IMG/VR virus record: IMGVR_UViG_3300028676_000003
Span: 62,001-126,000 of that record
Reading direction: 5' to 3' (one strand)
Length of the DNA stretch: 64,000 nt
The notes beneath the pieces were generated by a model that saw only the letters and a list, made by a program, of their open reading frames with translations, made no database searches and was not told the origin of the DNA. Made by a program: the position numbers and the translations under genes. This document shows, in pieces, positions 1 to 8,227 of the stretch; the stretch's first letter is position 1, and each line of letters starts with the position of its first letter.

Positions 1-68
1 TTGGCGGTGTTGTTGTAACAATTATCGTCGGTCTATTTGTAATCTATCGATTATTTAGACATTGGTAA
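1..68 (+). CDS. 3' end of a membrane protein (partial)
   Basis: Frame from nt 3 reads GGVVVTIIVGLFVIYRLFRHW-stop; hydrophobic run followed by basic residues. Confidence 0.45.
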   Translation, partial: GGVVVTIIVGLFVIYRLFRHW

Positions 69-79
69 TATTTATCATT

Positions 80-190
80 ATGAATGATTTTTTTACATCA
101 CTAATAATTTGTGGAATAACGACTCTAATCGTTGGTATTCTGCTATACTTTATAATTTATTTTATCAGAGAGATTCTGAGACTAAAATAA
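80..190 (+). CDS. 36-aa single-TM peptide (absent from ORF track)
   Basis: MNDFFTSLIICGITTLIVGILLYFIIYFIREILRLK; TATTTATC 3 nt upstream. Confidence 0.55.
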   Translation: MNDFFTSLIICGITTLIVGILLYFIIYFIREILRLK

Positions 191-192
191 GA

Positions 193-318
193 ATGACAAT
201 AATTTATGACATATTACTTGGGCTTTCATCGTATTTGATTACGATGCCCTTGTACTATGTCATCATCTTTTTAATACACAAATACTATGGTTCTAGAAAT
301 AAAAGACCTAATAGCTAA
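193..318 (+). CDS. 41-aa single-TM peptide
   Basis: ATG at 193 inside track ORF 109..318, 2 nt after the previous stop; MTIIYDILLGLSSYLITMPLYYVIIFLIHKYYG. Confidence 0.5.
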   Translation: MTIIYDILLGLSSYLITMPLYYVIIFLIHKYYGSRNKRPNS

Positions 319-607
319 GCTACACGAACTTGGACACAAGGTGGAAGTTCAAGATGAACGCCCAACGTTCTATACAGGCAGTTCGGGATTCATCTCAACG
401 AATGAAAAGGTTCTACTTGAACACAAGCTTTCTAAGAAGCTAACTTTCTTTAAAGGGGATTCTTTACAAGATTCTTTTATAAATCTCTCAGAGGCTCTTA
501 AAATAGCTAAGCGGCTTGATGTAATTAATAGAGAAGGCTTATATTCGAAAGATGTTATGGATATTGCTTCATACATCGATGGTCTAGGCCCTATCAACGA
601 GGAATAA
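287..607 (+). CDS. Hypothetical protein
   Basis: 106-aa ORF with ordinary composition. Confidence 0.7.
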   Translation: MVLEIKDLIAKLHELGHKVEVQDERPTFYTGSSGFISTNEKVLLEHKLSKKLTFFKGDSLQDSFINLSEALKIAKRLDVINREGLYSKDVMDIASYIDGLGPINEE

Positions 608-642
608 TTCATATACCTTATAAAACAAAACCACCTTTGAAA

Positions 643-1278
643 TTACTTCTTAGGTGGTTTTTTATTCTTAGGTGTCTTTGTAGCCGCCTTTGGCTTAGCC
701 TTTGGAGGTAACTTGTTGATTTTCAGACTCTTTGAGCCAGGAATCGACTTAGCCTTCGGCTTCTTTTTCTTATACTTCTTCACTTCAAATATCCTTTTAT
801 CGGTCTCTTTTAACTTGATATTATAAGGTGCTTCTTCTAGAATGCTTAGGTCTAATAGCCATTGATACTTAGACCTTTCTTTATGTATGATGAAAGACAT
901 TTGTATATGGTCAAGGATTTGTTCTTTGGTCCATTTGTTTACCATAGCTAGTTGAATCATGCAAGGTAGTTGCTTCCCAATCTTTATTGCTCGGCCGATG
1001 TGCTTTACTTGGTGGCAAGTCGGGCAAAGGGAAATAAGGCCAGTTAATTTTTGGATATGGGTTTCGTCGTCGTAGTGCCAAATCTCGTGACATTCTACAT
1101 TATGTTTATATCCTTGGTTTTTTCCTGTGTCTCCACAGATTTCACATTGGTTCTTGGCTTTCTCGTATGAGATGAATCTTATCTTGTCCCATTCTGACGA
1201 TGTTACGGTTGTTCTTACGTTCGAAAAGTGGCAAGTTGATGGAATTAGTTCTACTGTTAATTTTGGTTGTTTAGGCAT
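643..1278 (-). CDS. HNH-family endonuclease-like protein with Lys-rich C-terminal tail
   Basis: CEICG ... ECHEIWHY ... LCPTCHQVKH zinc/HNH pattern. Confidence 0.75.
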   Translation of the reverse strand: MPKQPKLTVELIPSTCHFSNVRTTVTSSEWDKIRFISYEKAKNQCEICGDTGKNQGYKHNVECHEIWHYDDETHIQKLTGLISLCPTCHQVKHIGRAIKIGKQLPCMIQLAMVNKWTKEQILDHIQMSFIIHKERSKYQWLLDLSILEEAPYNIKLKETDKRIFEVKKYKKKKPKAKSIPGSKSLKINKLPPKAKPKAATKTPKNKKPPKK

Positions 1279-1721
1279 TGAATATTGAAGTGTTCTTTAA
1301 ATTGTCTTCGTGGTATAAGATAGCCGTGGGTTGCGCTTCCTATGTCGCCAGCATTCTTAATTACACGAAAATTGTTATTATTTATTAGTTGTCTTAAATC
1401 GTTGGACTTGATGAACCATATTTCATTTAAGAATGGGAAGTAGTTTACGAACCAATCAGCTTGTGTAACGGAGATTCCTGAGTCTTTGCCTCTTGAGTGG
1501 AATTCAACGAAAATGTTTCCAGTATCTTTTTCAGGCTTACATATTACGTCAGTCTTAATCTCATAGGTAATTTCTTTTCCTTCCTTAAGCATCTTGATAT
1601 CGTATTTGTTATTGTTGTTTGAATCGACGTGGGTTAGTCCCTTATATTCTAAGAATTCAACGATGTGTTGTTCTCCTTCTATACCTAGTTTTAGGTCTTG
1701 TCTGAAATTTAAATTTGCCAT
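1257..1721 (-). CDS. PD-(D/E)XK nuclease-fold protein
   Basis: E(GEQ) ... YDIK ... YEIKTD pattern; own host-type promoter. Confidence 0.65.
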   Translation of the reverse strand: MANLNFRQDLKLGIEGEQHIVEFLEYKGLTHVDSNNNNKYDIKMLKEGKEITYEIKTDVICKPEKDTGNIFVEFHSRGKDSGISVTQADWFVNYFPFLNEIWFIKSNDLRQLINNNNFRVIKNAGDIGSATHGYLIPRRQFKEHFNIQCLNNQN

Positions 1722-1732
1722 AAGTTTTTTAT

Positions 1733-1762
1733 CAAATATAACGTATTTAAAAAATCTGTCAA
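1733..1762 (-). promoter_or_regulatory. Bacteroidota-type sigma70 promoter
   Basis: TTG-N19-TATATTTG. Confidence 0.75.
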
Positions 1763-2013
1763 ATATTAAGGACTTGTGTTATGAACTTATTGGCTTCTTC
1801 TTTGTTGAATGCGAATATCTTTTGGATTGAGTTTGAGACCTTGTTTTTAATGGCTCTTGTTGTTGGTTCATCGGCAAGAAGGTGTACTTGTCCATCATCG
1901 AAGATAATGGCTCTACGAAAACGCATATTGTGTTTTACTCTAGAGACAGTATAATTTTTTTGTATGAAATTAACTACGATTTTATTGAATTCGTCTTCAT
2001 ATGAACTTTTCAT
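1759..2013 (-). CDS. Hypothetical protein
   Basis: 84-aa ORF; TATTTATA 13 nt upstream. Confidence 0.7.
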   Translation of the reverse strand: MKSSYEDEFNKIVVNFIQKNYTVSRVKHNMRFRRAIIFDDGQVHLLADEPTTRAIKNKVSNSIQKIFAFNKEEANKFITQVLNI

Positions 2014-2034
2014 GATAACATTTATATATAAATA

Positions 2035-2065
2035 TTTGGATATATGAAATAAAGTCGTACCTTTG
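2035..2065 (+). promoter_or_regulatory. Bacteroidota-type sigma70 promoter
   Basis: TTTG-N19-TACCTTTG. Confidence 0.8.
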
Positions 2066-2081
2066 TATAAATTTAGAAGAA

Positions 2082-2402
2082 ATGAAAGGAATTGAAAATC
2101 ACATTCTAATGACTATTTGTGAGGAATCATTTGAGTTTTTTGGAACAACAAAGTTTACTACTTATACCAGCTTCTGCAATACCTTTAAGTATGCGATGAT
2201 TGAGGGTAACTTCAGCTTTCCACAAAAGCAGATGATGACTAGGGTCGGAAAGATGCTAAAGTTGGTTTACGCCTTGGATGATGATTCTATTGGTTTTTAT
2301 ATCAATACGTATTTCAGCTTAAGTCAAGACCAAATAATTCAATTTGAGAAGGTTGTGAGGACCATGAAGGTTGCTTATCCGATGAGTAGTATTAATAAAT
2401 AG
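2082..2402 (+). CDS. Hypothetical protein
   Basis: 106-aa ORF behind host-type promoter. Confidence 0.7.
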   Translation: MKGIENHILMTICEESFEFFGTTKFTTYTSFCNTFKYAMIEGNFSFPQKQMMTRVGKMLKLVYALDDDSIGFYINTYFSLSQDQIIQFEKVVRTMKVAYPMSSINK

Positions 2403-2643
2403 GAACTACTTGAATTTCTCCTTTAAAGTATTGTGATTTTTTATCTTCTAGGTATTCGGTTAGAATTCTTTTAAGATAAAAGGTTGGATATGTTGGGGAA
2501 AATATTGGACTAAGCCAAGCAATTCCTTTATCTATAGCATTGGCAGAACTTCTTTTGCCACCGCAAGCATATAGGTATATGATTTGGTGGTCATTTGGAA
2601 ATTGACGTTCGATATATTCACGTAGAAATTCTTCTTCAGACAT
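2392..2643 (-). CDS. Hypothetical protein
   Basis: 83-aa ORF convergent with the previous gene. Confidence 0.65.
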   Translation of the reverse strand: MSEEEFLREYIERQFPNDHQIIYLYACGGKRSSANAIDKGIAWLSPIFSPTYPTFYLKRILTEYLEDKKSQYFKGEIQVVPIY

Positions 2644-2704
2644 TGCTTTTTAGATTAAGTATATTATATTTATAATTATAACAAAAAAAATTAAAAATTA
2701 AAGA

Positions 2705-3031
2705 ATGGCATTAGAAATAAACGCAGAAAACTTTGACGAGTTGGTTATCAACTCAGACGTACCAGTATTGATGGACTTTTGGGCCCCTTGGTGCGGACCT
2801 TGCAGAATGCTTGGCCCTATTATTGATTCATTAAATGAAGAAAACAAAGATAAAAATATCAAGATTGTTAAGATTAACGTTGACGATAATCAAGAGATTG
2901 CTCTTAAATTTGGCGTTCGTGGTATTCCATTAACCCTAGCTATCAAAGATGGTAAGGAAGTGGAAGGTAGTCGAAACGCTGGTATTCAAGCTAAGGCTGA
3001 GTATCAAAAGCTTATTGATAGCTTATTGTAA
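2705..3031 (+). CDS. trxA: Thioredoxin
   Basis: DFWAPWCGPC active site, GVRGIP cis-Pro loop, 108 aa. Confidence 0.97.
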   Translation: MALEINAENFDELVINSDVPVLMDFWAPWCGPCRMLGPIIDSLNEENKDKNIKIVKINVDDNQEIALKFGVRGIPLTLAIKDGKEVEGSRNAGIQAKAEYQKLIDSLL

Positions 3032-3051
3032 GATGTTTTTAATGATAAAAT

Positions 3052-3079
3052 AAAAGGGGCCCTCAGTGGCCCTTTTTTT
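3052..3079 (+). terminator. Intrinsic terminator
   Basis: GGGGCC-loop-GGCCC hairpin plus T7. Confidence 0.85.
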
Positions 3080-3100
3080 GTTCTGTAGATATTTATTAGT

Positions 3101-3442
3101 ATGAAAAAGAAATTAATAATTACGGAAAGTCAAATGACTCGTTTGAAACAATATATAGTTGAGGGCAGCGAGTCTGCAAAGTTTGTTAAGATGATGAAAG
3201 AGGAATTGGATGCCAACTATGAGGTATCTAATACATTCGTTCGTGAAGGTGGTGAATATTCTAATTCACCGATGATTAAGGTTAAGGTAGATGAGGAATT
3301 AATTACCCCTAAAGCCTTGTATGAGTACTTGAGTTACAAATACAAGAAAGGTAGAAAATTCACTGAACAAGTAATTAGGGATTGGGTAGATAACAAAATA
3401 TCTGATAACTATATGCTTTCCAAAAATGTACCATTAAATTAA
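3101..3442 (+). CDS. Hypothetical protein with KKKLIITESQM leader (putative head-packaged)
   Basis: ORF; late motif 3 nt upstream. Confidence 0.75.
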   Translation: MKKKLIITESQMTRLKQYIVEGSESAKFVKMMKEELDANYEVSNTFVREGGEYSNSPMIKVKVDEELITPKALYEYLSYKYKKGRKFTEQVIRDWVDNKISDNYMLSKNVPLN

Positions 3443-3458
3443 TCTAATAATACGAGCT

Positions 3459-3779
3459 ATGATACTTAAAGACAAAATAAGGCAAGTTTTACGAGAGCAC
3501 TATGGTGATTTCAATACTTATTTGGAACATGAGTATGAAGATAGGCTGACAGAGCAGTTATCTGTTGACGACATAGGGAACAAACAAGCTTGGGCCACAT
3601 ACAACCAAGTGATACTAGAATTAAAGAATACTCTTAAGGACATGTTAAAGGTCAAAGAGTTACAATATAAGCTTACAGAAAACACAAATCCTAATGAGGT
3701 TTGTATTGAAGTGATTGAAGGAATTAAACATCGAAGCCCTGAATTAAGCAGGCTATATGATAAGATAAAAAATTTTTAA
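3459..3779 (+). CDS. Hypothetical protein, paralog of 3891..4232
   Basis: WATYNQVILEL ... YKLTENTNPNEV; KIRQVLRE leader. Confidence 0.75.
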   Translation: MILKDKIRQVLREHYGDFNTYLEHEYEDRLTEQLSVDDIGNKQAWATYNQVILELKNTLKDMLKVKELQYKLTENTNPNEVCIEVIEGIKHRSPELSRLYDKIKNF

Positions 3780-3890
3780 TTGATTCTCAAGGGATTATCA
3801 AAGAGAGATAAAACATTAACAAAATAGTAAAGCTTAAGCGAGAGTCTGTAGATATTTATAGTTAAATAACACATACTTAAATGATACGCC

Positions 3891-4232
3891 ATGAATGCTA
3901 ATAAATTTTTATTGACAGCTAATCAAGGTAATAGAACTGCACTAGATAAAGCATATAATAATCATATGAATTCTGTCTTGAATTCTTTCGACGAAGAAGA
4001 AGAGAATAGATGGGAAACGTATAATTTAGTGATAAGCGAGCTTATGTCGCAAGGTAATAAGAATTATTTCAAAGAGGTTAAATATCGTTTAACTGACGGT
4101 GAAAATCCAAATGAAATTATTCTAGATATCATTGACAGAGCAAACGACGATGCAAGTAGTCTTGTATGGTTACTTAAACGTAGAATTGAGGAATATGTTG
4201 AGGATGATTATTTTAAAAGATTTTTGGTCTAA
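3891..4232 (+). CDS. Hypothetical protein, paralog of 3459..3779
   Basis: WETYNLVISEL ... YRLTDGENPNEI. Confidence 0.75.
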   Translation: MNANKFLLTANQGNRTALDKAYNNHMNSVLNSFDEEEENRWETYNLVISELMSQGNKNYFKEVKYRLTDGENPNEIILDIIDRANDDASSLVWLLKRRIEEYVEDDYFKRFLV

Positions 4233-4236
4233 GCTA

Positions 4237-4267
4237 TTGTCAAGTTTCTTTTTTTTGCGTATATTTG
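4237..4267 (+). promoter_or_regulatory. Bacteroidota-type sigma70 promoter (LRR gene)
   Basis: TTG-N20-TATATTTG. Confidence 0.8.
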
Positions 4268-4286
4268 TATAAAGACACACAAAAGA

Positions 4287-5696
4287 ATGAAAAAAGATAT
4301 TACTGATAGAATTGTTTACTTAGCGGAGATGTTTGACGTATTTGAATGCGGAGAACAACACTTGGTAGCCAGCAAATTGCAAAGCCTAGTAGAAATAGGT
4401 TTCACACCAAGTACAATAACATCAACAAATGGAACAATCCTAGCGATAATTTCAACAAAACAGAATGAAAAAGATAGAACTCTTAAAAAAGTAAGTGTTT
4501 GTTCTGATGTTTATTCTGATATAATTGCGGCCGACCCAACTGAGAACAAGATTTATCTTCAGTGGATGCTTACTGTATTTACTCAATTGATTAAAGATGG
4601 TAAACAAACCAACATTGATGCGGCTATACGTTTTGTTGAAGAGGATTTGCCTCAGTCAAATAAGTACCTTATATTGTTTGAGGACAATAAAAGAAAAAAG
4701 AAATTTAAAGATTTATGTTTGGGTTCTTACAGTTTAAAAAATGTAAATGACCCAACAAACATTAATCAATACAAATCATTATCCCAACTATTTGATGCGG
4801 TTGACCCGTTCATTGAAAAGGACCCAAGTGCAATCGAAAGAACGCTAATGAAATTTGTAAATGCAGGTAAGGCTCTTATGCCAGTTAAGGATAGAAAGTT
4901 TACGCTTTATATTCCAAAGACTACAGAGGCCAGTACTATTTTTGCTAATTTCGCTAACTGGTGTACAGCTAGGGAAGGTAATGGTATGTTTAAAAGTTAT
5001 ACCGAAGGCCACAGAAAACCCAACGGAAAGAATTCTGACATTTATATCATTATAAACAACGATTTTTTCTTAGGGAAGTCTAAGGATGTTTTTCAGATTC
5101 ATTTTGAAACAAACCAATTAAAAGACAGCCGTAATGGACAAAACGTTAGCATCTTTGAAGATGTAATTTCAAAGAGTGAGGGTATTTCTAATTTCTTCTA
5201 TGAGGAATTATTAGGAATGGCTAAAGGTTTTAACAAAGGATTAGAAGACAACAAATACATTGATTATTTGATTAAATTCGGATTTGCTGAGAGCTTATTT
5301 GAGTTGATTGATTATACAACACCGACAATAAAATTTATGACAAGAGAAATACCAAGATTACCTGATATTAGCAAGTTTAAACAACTTGACTCACTTATCA
5401 TCATTGATGCTAAGATGGTGGATTTACATCCATCCATCGGTAGCTTGCATAATCTTGCGGTATTATCGCTAACAAATAATCGTATCACAAAGTTGCCGAA
5501 AGAGATTGGGAACTTAAAAAACTTACGTTTTTTAAACATAACTGGAAATCCTATAACGGAGATTCCAGCCAGTATTTCGCAACTTGACCCAAGCAACGGT
5601 GGGTTATTATTCCGTGTAGGAGTAAATAAAAGTGACATAGGAGAAGAAAATTATAAACGCTTAAAAGAGTTGTTACCAACAACTAAGATAGGTTAA
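4287..5696 (+). CDS. Phage protein with C-terminal leucine-rich repeats
   Basis: 3-4 LxxLxxLxLxxNxIxxLPxxIG repeats (e.g. LHNLAVLSLTNNRITKLPKEIG); N-terminal DPT..K.YLQW / NWCTA domain of unknown function. Confidence 0.85.
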   Translation: MKKDITDRIVYLAEMFDVFECGEQHLVASKLQSLVEIGFTPSTITSTNGTILAIISTKQNEKDRTLKKVSVCSDVYSDIIAADPTENKIYLQWMLTVFTQLIKDGKQTNIDAAIRFVEEDLPQSNKYLILFEDNKRKKKFKDLCLGSYSLKNVNDPTNINQYKSLSQLFDAVDPFIEKDPSAIERTLMKFVNAGKALMPVKDRKFTLYIPKTTEASTIFANFANWCTAREGNGMFKSYTEGHRKPNGKNSDIYIIINNDFFLGKSKDVFQIHFETNQLKDSRNGQNVSIFEDVISKSEGISNFFYEELLGMAKGFNKGLEDNKYIDYLIKFGFAESLFELIDYTTPTIKFMTREIPRLPDISKFKQLDSLIIIDAKMVDLHPSIGSLHNLAVLSLTNNRITKLPKEIGNLKNLRFLNITGNPITEIPASISQLDPSNGGLLFRVGVNKSDIGEENYKRLKELLPTTKIG

Positions 5697-5702
5697 TGAT
5701 TT

Positions 5703-5728
5703 AAAGGCTCCATTTTGGGGCCTTTTTT
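5703..5728 (+). terminator. Intrinsic terminator
   Basis: AGGCTCC-loop-GGGGCCT plus T run. Confidence 0.8.
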
Positions 5729-5749
5729 ATTTAAAACAAATATAAAATT

Positions 5750-6259
5750 ATGGAATGGAAAAGAAACAACAAGAAAATTGACGAGCCAATCGTTGATTAC
5801 TTAGAAAAGTTATTCGACGAAGAGTTGAGTAAAAATCACATCTTAAAAGTGGCTGTAGGTACAGATTCACAAAAAGTTAGAGGTGGAACTTATAAATTTG
5901 TTACGGTTATTCTTATCAGCGTAAGTGAAGACTTAGGTGGTGGTGTTATTGTAGGTCGTGGTGGTAAAATCGTTGCGGGTTCTCACTTCAATACCTTCAA
6001 AAAACGTAATAAAGAATTGGTTAACGAAAGAATGATGTACGAGGTAGCCAAGTCTCTTGAAGTGGCTTATCAAATCCATGACCTTTTAGACTTATATGAT
6101 ATCAAGATGGAAATCCACGCTGATATCAACCCTGATTCTAAACACGAATCAAATAAAGCTTTACAAAGTGCCGTAGGTTATATCTTAGGTATGGGTTACG
6201 AATTCAAGGTAAAGCCTGACGCACCAGCTTCAAGTAACTGTGCGGATAAATTATGTTAA
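5750..6259 (+). CDS. YkuK/DUF458-type RNase H-like protein
   Basis: VAVGTDSQ ... E ... EIHADIN acidic motifs. Confidence 0.75.
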   Translation: MEWKRNNKKIDEPIVDYLEKLFDEELSKNHILKVAVGTDSQKVRGGTYKFVTVILISVSEDLGGGVIVGRGGKIVAGSHFNTFKKRNKELVNERMMYEVAKSLEVAYQIHDLLDLYDIKMEIHADINPDSKHESNKALQSAVGYILGMGYEFKVKPDAPASSNCADKLC

Positions 6260-6310
6260 AATTTTTCATTTTGGTCTAGCGTTTATATATTTATTATAAA
6301 CGTTAGTCCG

Positions 6311-6469
6311 ATGAAAAAATATGTCTTACAAGTTAGTGATGGAGAAGTAATTAACAGTGTTCTTACTTACTCTATAGAAGATGCGATAGAAATTTTCGCA
6401 ATCACAAAAAACCTCTCAATTGAACAATTACTAAAAATTTTTACAGTTGGTGAAGTATTATCTAAATAG
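6311..6469 (+). CDS. 52-aa hypothetical protein (absent from ORF track)
   Basis: MKKYVLQVSDGEVINSVLTYSIEDAIEIFAITKNLSIEQLLKIFTVGEVLSK; late motif 15 nt upstream. Confidence 0.6.
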   Translation: MKKYVLQVSDGEVINSVLTYSIEDAIEIFAITKNLSIEQLLKIFTVGEVLSK

Positions 6470-6495
6470 TTAATATTTATAGTTAAATATATATT

Positions 6496-7347
6496 ATGGC
6501 AGATAAAAAAATAAGTCAATTACCTCAAGGTGTAATTAACTCAAATAGCATATTTCCATTGCTAAGCAATGGTGTAACCTCACAAGTATCATATGATGAT
6601 ATGGCTACCGCATTCAGTAGTAGTGGTGGTAGTGGTTCTCAAGATTTTCAAGAAACACTTGAAAATGGATTCACAACAGATATTCCTTTTTATCATGAAA
6701 CATCAGATGGTATTACAGTTCAAAGTGGTATCATAGAACGTGATGGTGAAGCATTTCCTTTGAATGGTATTAACATGGATTATAGTAGTCAAGTAGCTGG
6801 AGCTTTTGTTAGAATAGGTTTCTCTACTGGTGAAGGACCAGTTATTGTTATCGAAACTAATTATATTGGTGGTGAAGAACTTGTTGATACAATTTCAACT
6901 AATTATTATTTACCTCATAGTCAAGATGGTGGGTCAAACCAAGTTATAACAGACAAGGATTTGTCTACAGGTAATTTTACTTCAGAAATTAGTTCACGTG
7001 CAACTGAAGTACCAAGTTCAGGTAATACATGGATTCAAGATTTTTATTGGACACGTGTTGGAAATACTGTTAGCTGTACTGCTGAGATTAGTGTTCAAAT
7101 TAACCAAGATGTTAGTAGCAATGGAACTTGGGTTGAATTTACTCTTCCTTTCCCTCAATCTAATTCTCAATCAAGGACCAATGTCGGAAACGGTGTACTA
7201 GCTGGTGGTGGTGTTAACGGTATTTATACCTCAGCATTTATCCAAATGGAAGATACAACACACGCTAAGGTTAGATTCTACGGAAAATCAGGCGATACTT
7301 CAAGTTCATATCAAGGTGAAATTCACTTTACATACTTAACAGAATAA
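6496..7347 (+). CDS. Fibre/appendage-like virion protein
   Basis: MADKKISQLP N-terminus shared with fibre 60962..63367; beta-rich C-terminal domain; late motif. Confidence 0.6.
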   Translation: MADKKISQLPQGVINSNSIFPLLSNGVTSQVSYDDMATAFSSSGGSGSQDFQETLENGFTTDIPFYHETSDGITVQSGIIERDGEAFPLNGINMDYSSQVAGAFVRIGFSTGEGPVIVIETNYIGGEELVDTISTNYYLPHSQDGGSNQVITDKDLSTGNFTSEISSRATEVPSSGNTWIQDFYWTRVGNTVSCTAEISVQINQDVSSNGTWVEFTLPFPQSNSQSRTNVGNGVLAGGGVNGIYTSAFIQMEDTTHAKVRFYGKSGDTSSSYQGEIHFTYLTE

Positions 7348-7351
7348 AAAT

Positions 7352-7822
7352 ATGGAATATAAAAACAATTTAGCTGACTATACAGCTTACATAAAAGAAA
7401 TGGGTGAGAAAACCAATATTGGCCCTAATGATATTATAGATGTAAAATACCTAAGACCACTATATGGAATCTTTAAACCTGAAATGAAATTCTTGGAATT
7501 GGGTTGCGGTGGTGGAAATGTTGTTAGATTTGCTAACAATATTGGATATAAATCAACTGGTGTTGAAATCAACAGAGAATTGACAAAAGACCTTGTAAAT
7601 GTTCAAATAATCAATTGTGATATTAAATTGCTTAGCCCTTATGAATATCAGACAAACGATGTAATTTATATTTATTCTCCTTTTAATGAAGGTTTTGATG
7701 AATATGTTGAGATGGTGGTTGATTCGATGAAGGTTGGTGCTTATATTATGACTCCAAATGTTCATCAAACAAAGAATAAATCACTTAAAAGAGTTGCTCA
7801 TTTTCTATACAAAAAGATATAA
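7352..7822 (+). CDS. Class I SAM-dependent methyltransferase
   Basis: FLELGCGGG motif I, GVEIN motif II. Confidence 0.85.
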   Translation: MEYKNNLADYTAYIKEMGEKTNIGPNDIIDVKYLRPLYGIFKPEMKFLELGCGGGNVVRFANNIGYKSTGVEINRELTKDLVNVQIINCDIKLLSPYEYQTNDVIYIYSPFNEGFDEYVEMVVDSMKVGAYIMTPNVHQTKNKSLKRVAHFLYKKI

Positions 7823-7900
7823 TTTTAAACAAAATTAATTTTTTTTGATTTTATAACATATTTATTATAGAAATAAGATTTTATTTAAAACTTAGAACAT

Positions 7901-8116
7901 ATGTCAGACAAAACAGTTACAAAAAAAACCGTAAAAATTAAAGAATCTCATTTAGTTGATTTAATCGACGATATCGTAAATGAAGCAGTTGCGGTTAAAA
8001 AACAGGAATGGATTAACGAACAAGCTAATCTTGAAGCTGGTAAAACAGCAATCTTAGAATCTAAGATGAAAGAATTAGAAGAAAAATTGAATAGACTTAC
8101 TGAAGGTAAGAAATAA
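7901..8116 (+). CDS. Small coiled-coil protein with VKIKESHL motif
   Basis: 71-aa ORF, late motif upstream, terminator downstream. Confidence 0.7.
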   Translation: MSDKTVTKKTVKIKESHLVDLIDDIVNEAVAVKKQEWINEQANLEAGKTAILESKMKELEEKLNRLTEGKK

Positions 8117-8142
8117 TTTAATTTTACATAAATATATAACAG

Positions 8143-8175
8143 GCTAGAGGGTTTTCGTAACATCTCTAGCTTTTT
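8143..8175 (+). terminator. Intrinsic terminator
   Basis: GCTAGAG/CTCTAGC stem plus T5. Confidence 0.7.
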
Positions 8176-8227
8176 ATTTTTATACCTTTCCTATTTTACG
8201 AGATATTTATATCAAGACATACACATT

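Noticed and set aside
643-1278. HNH gene as a homing or mobile element
   Set aside because: No interrupted gene, intron or flanking target evidence in the window
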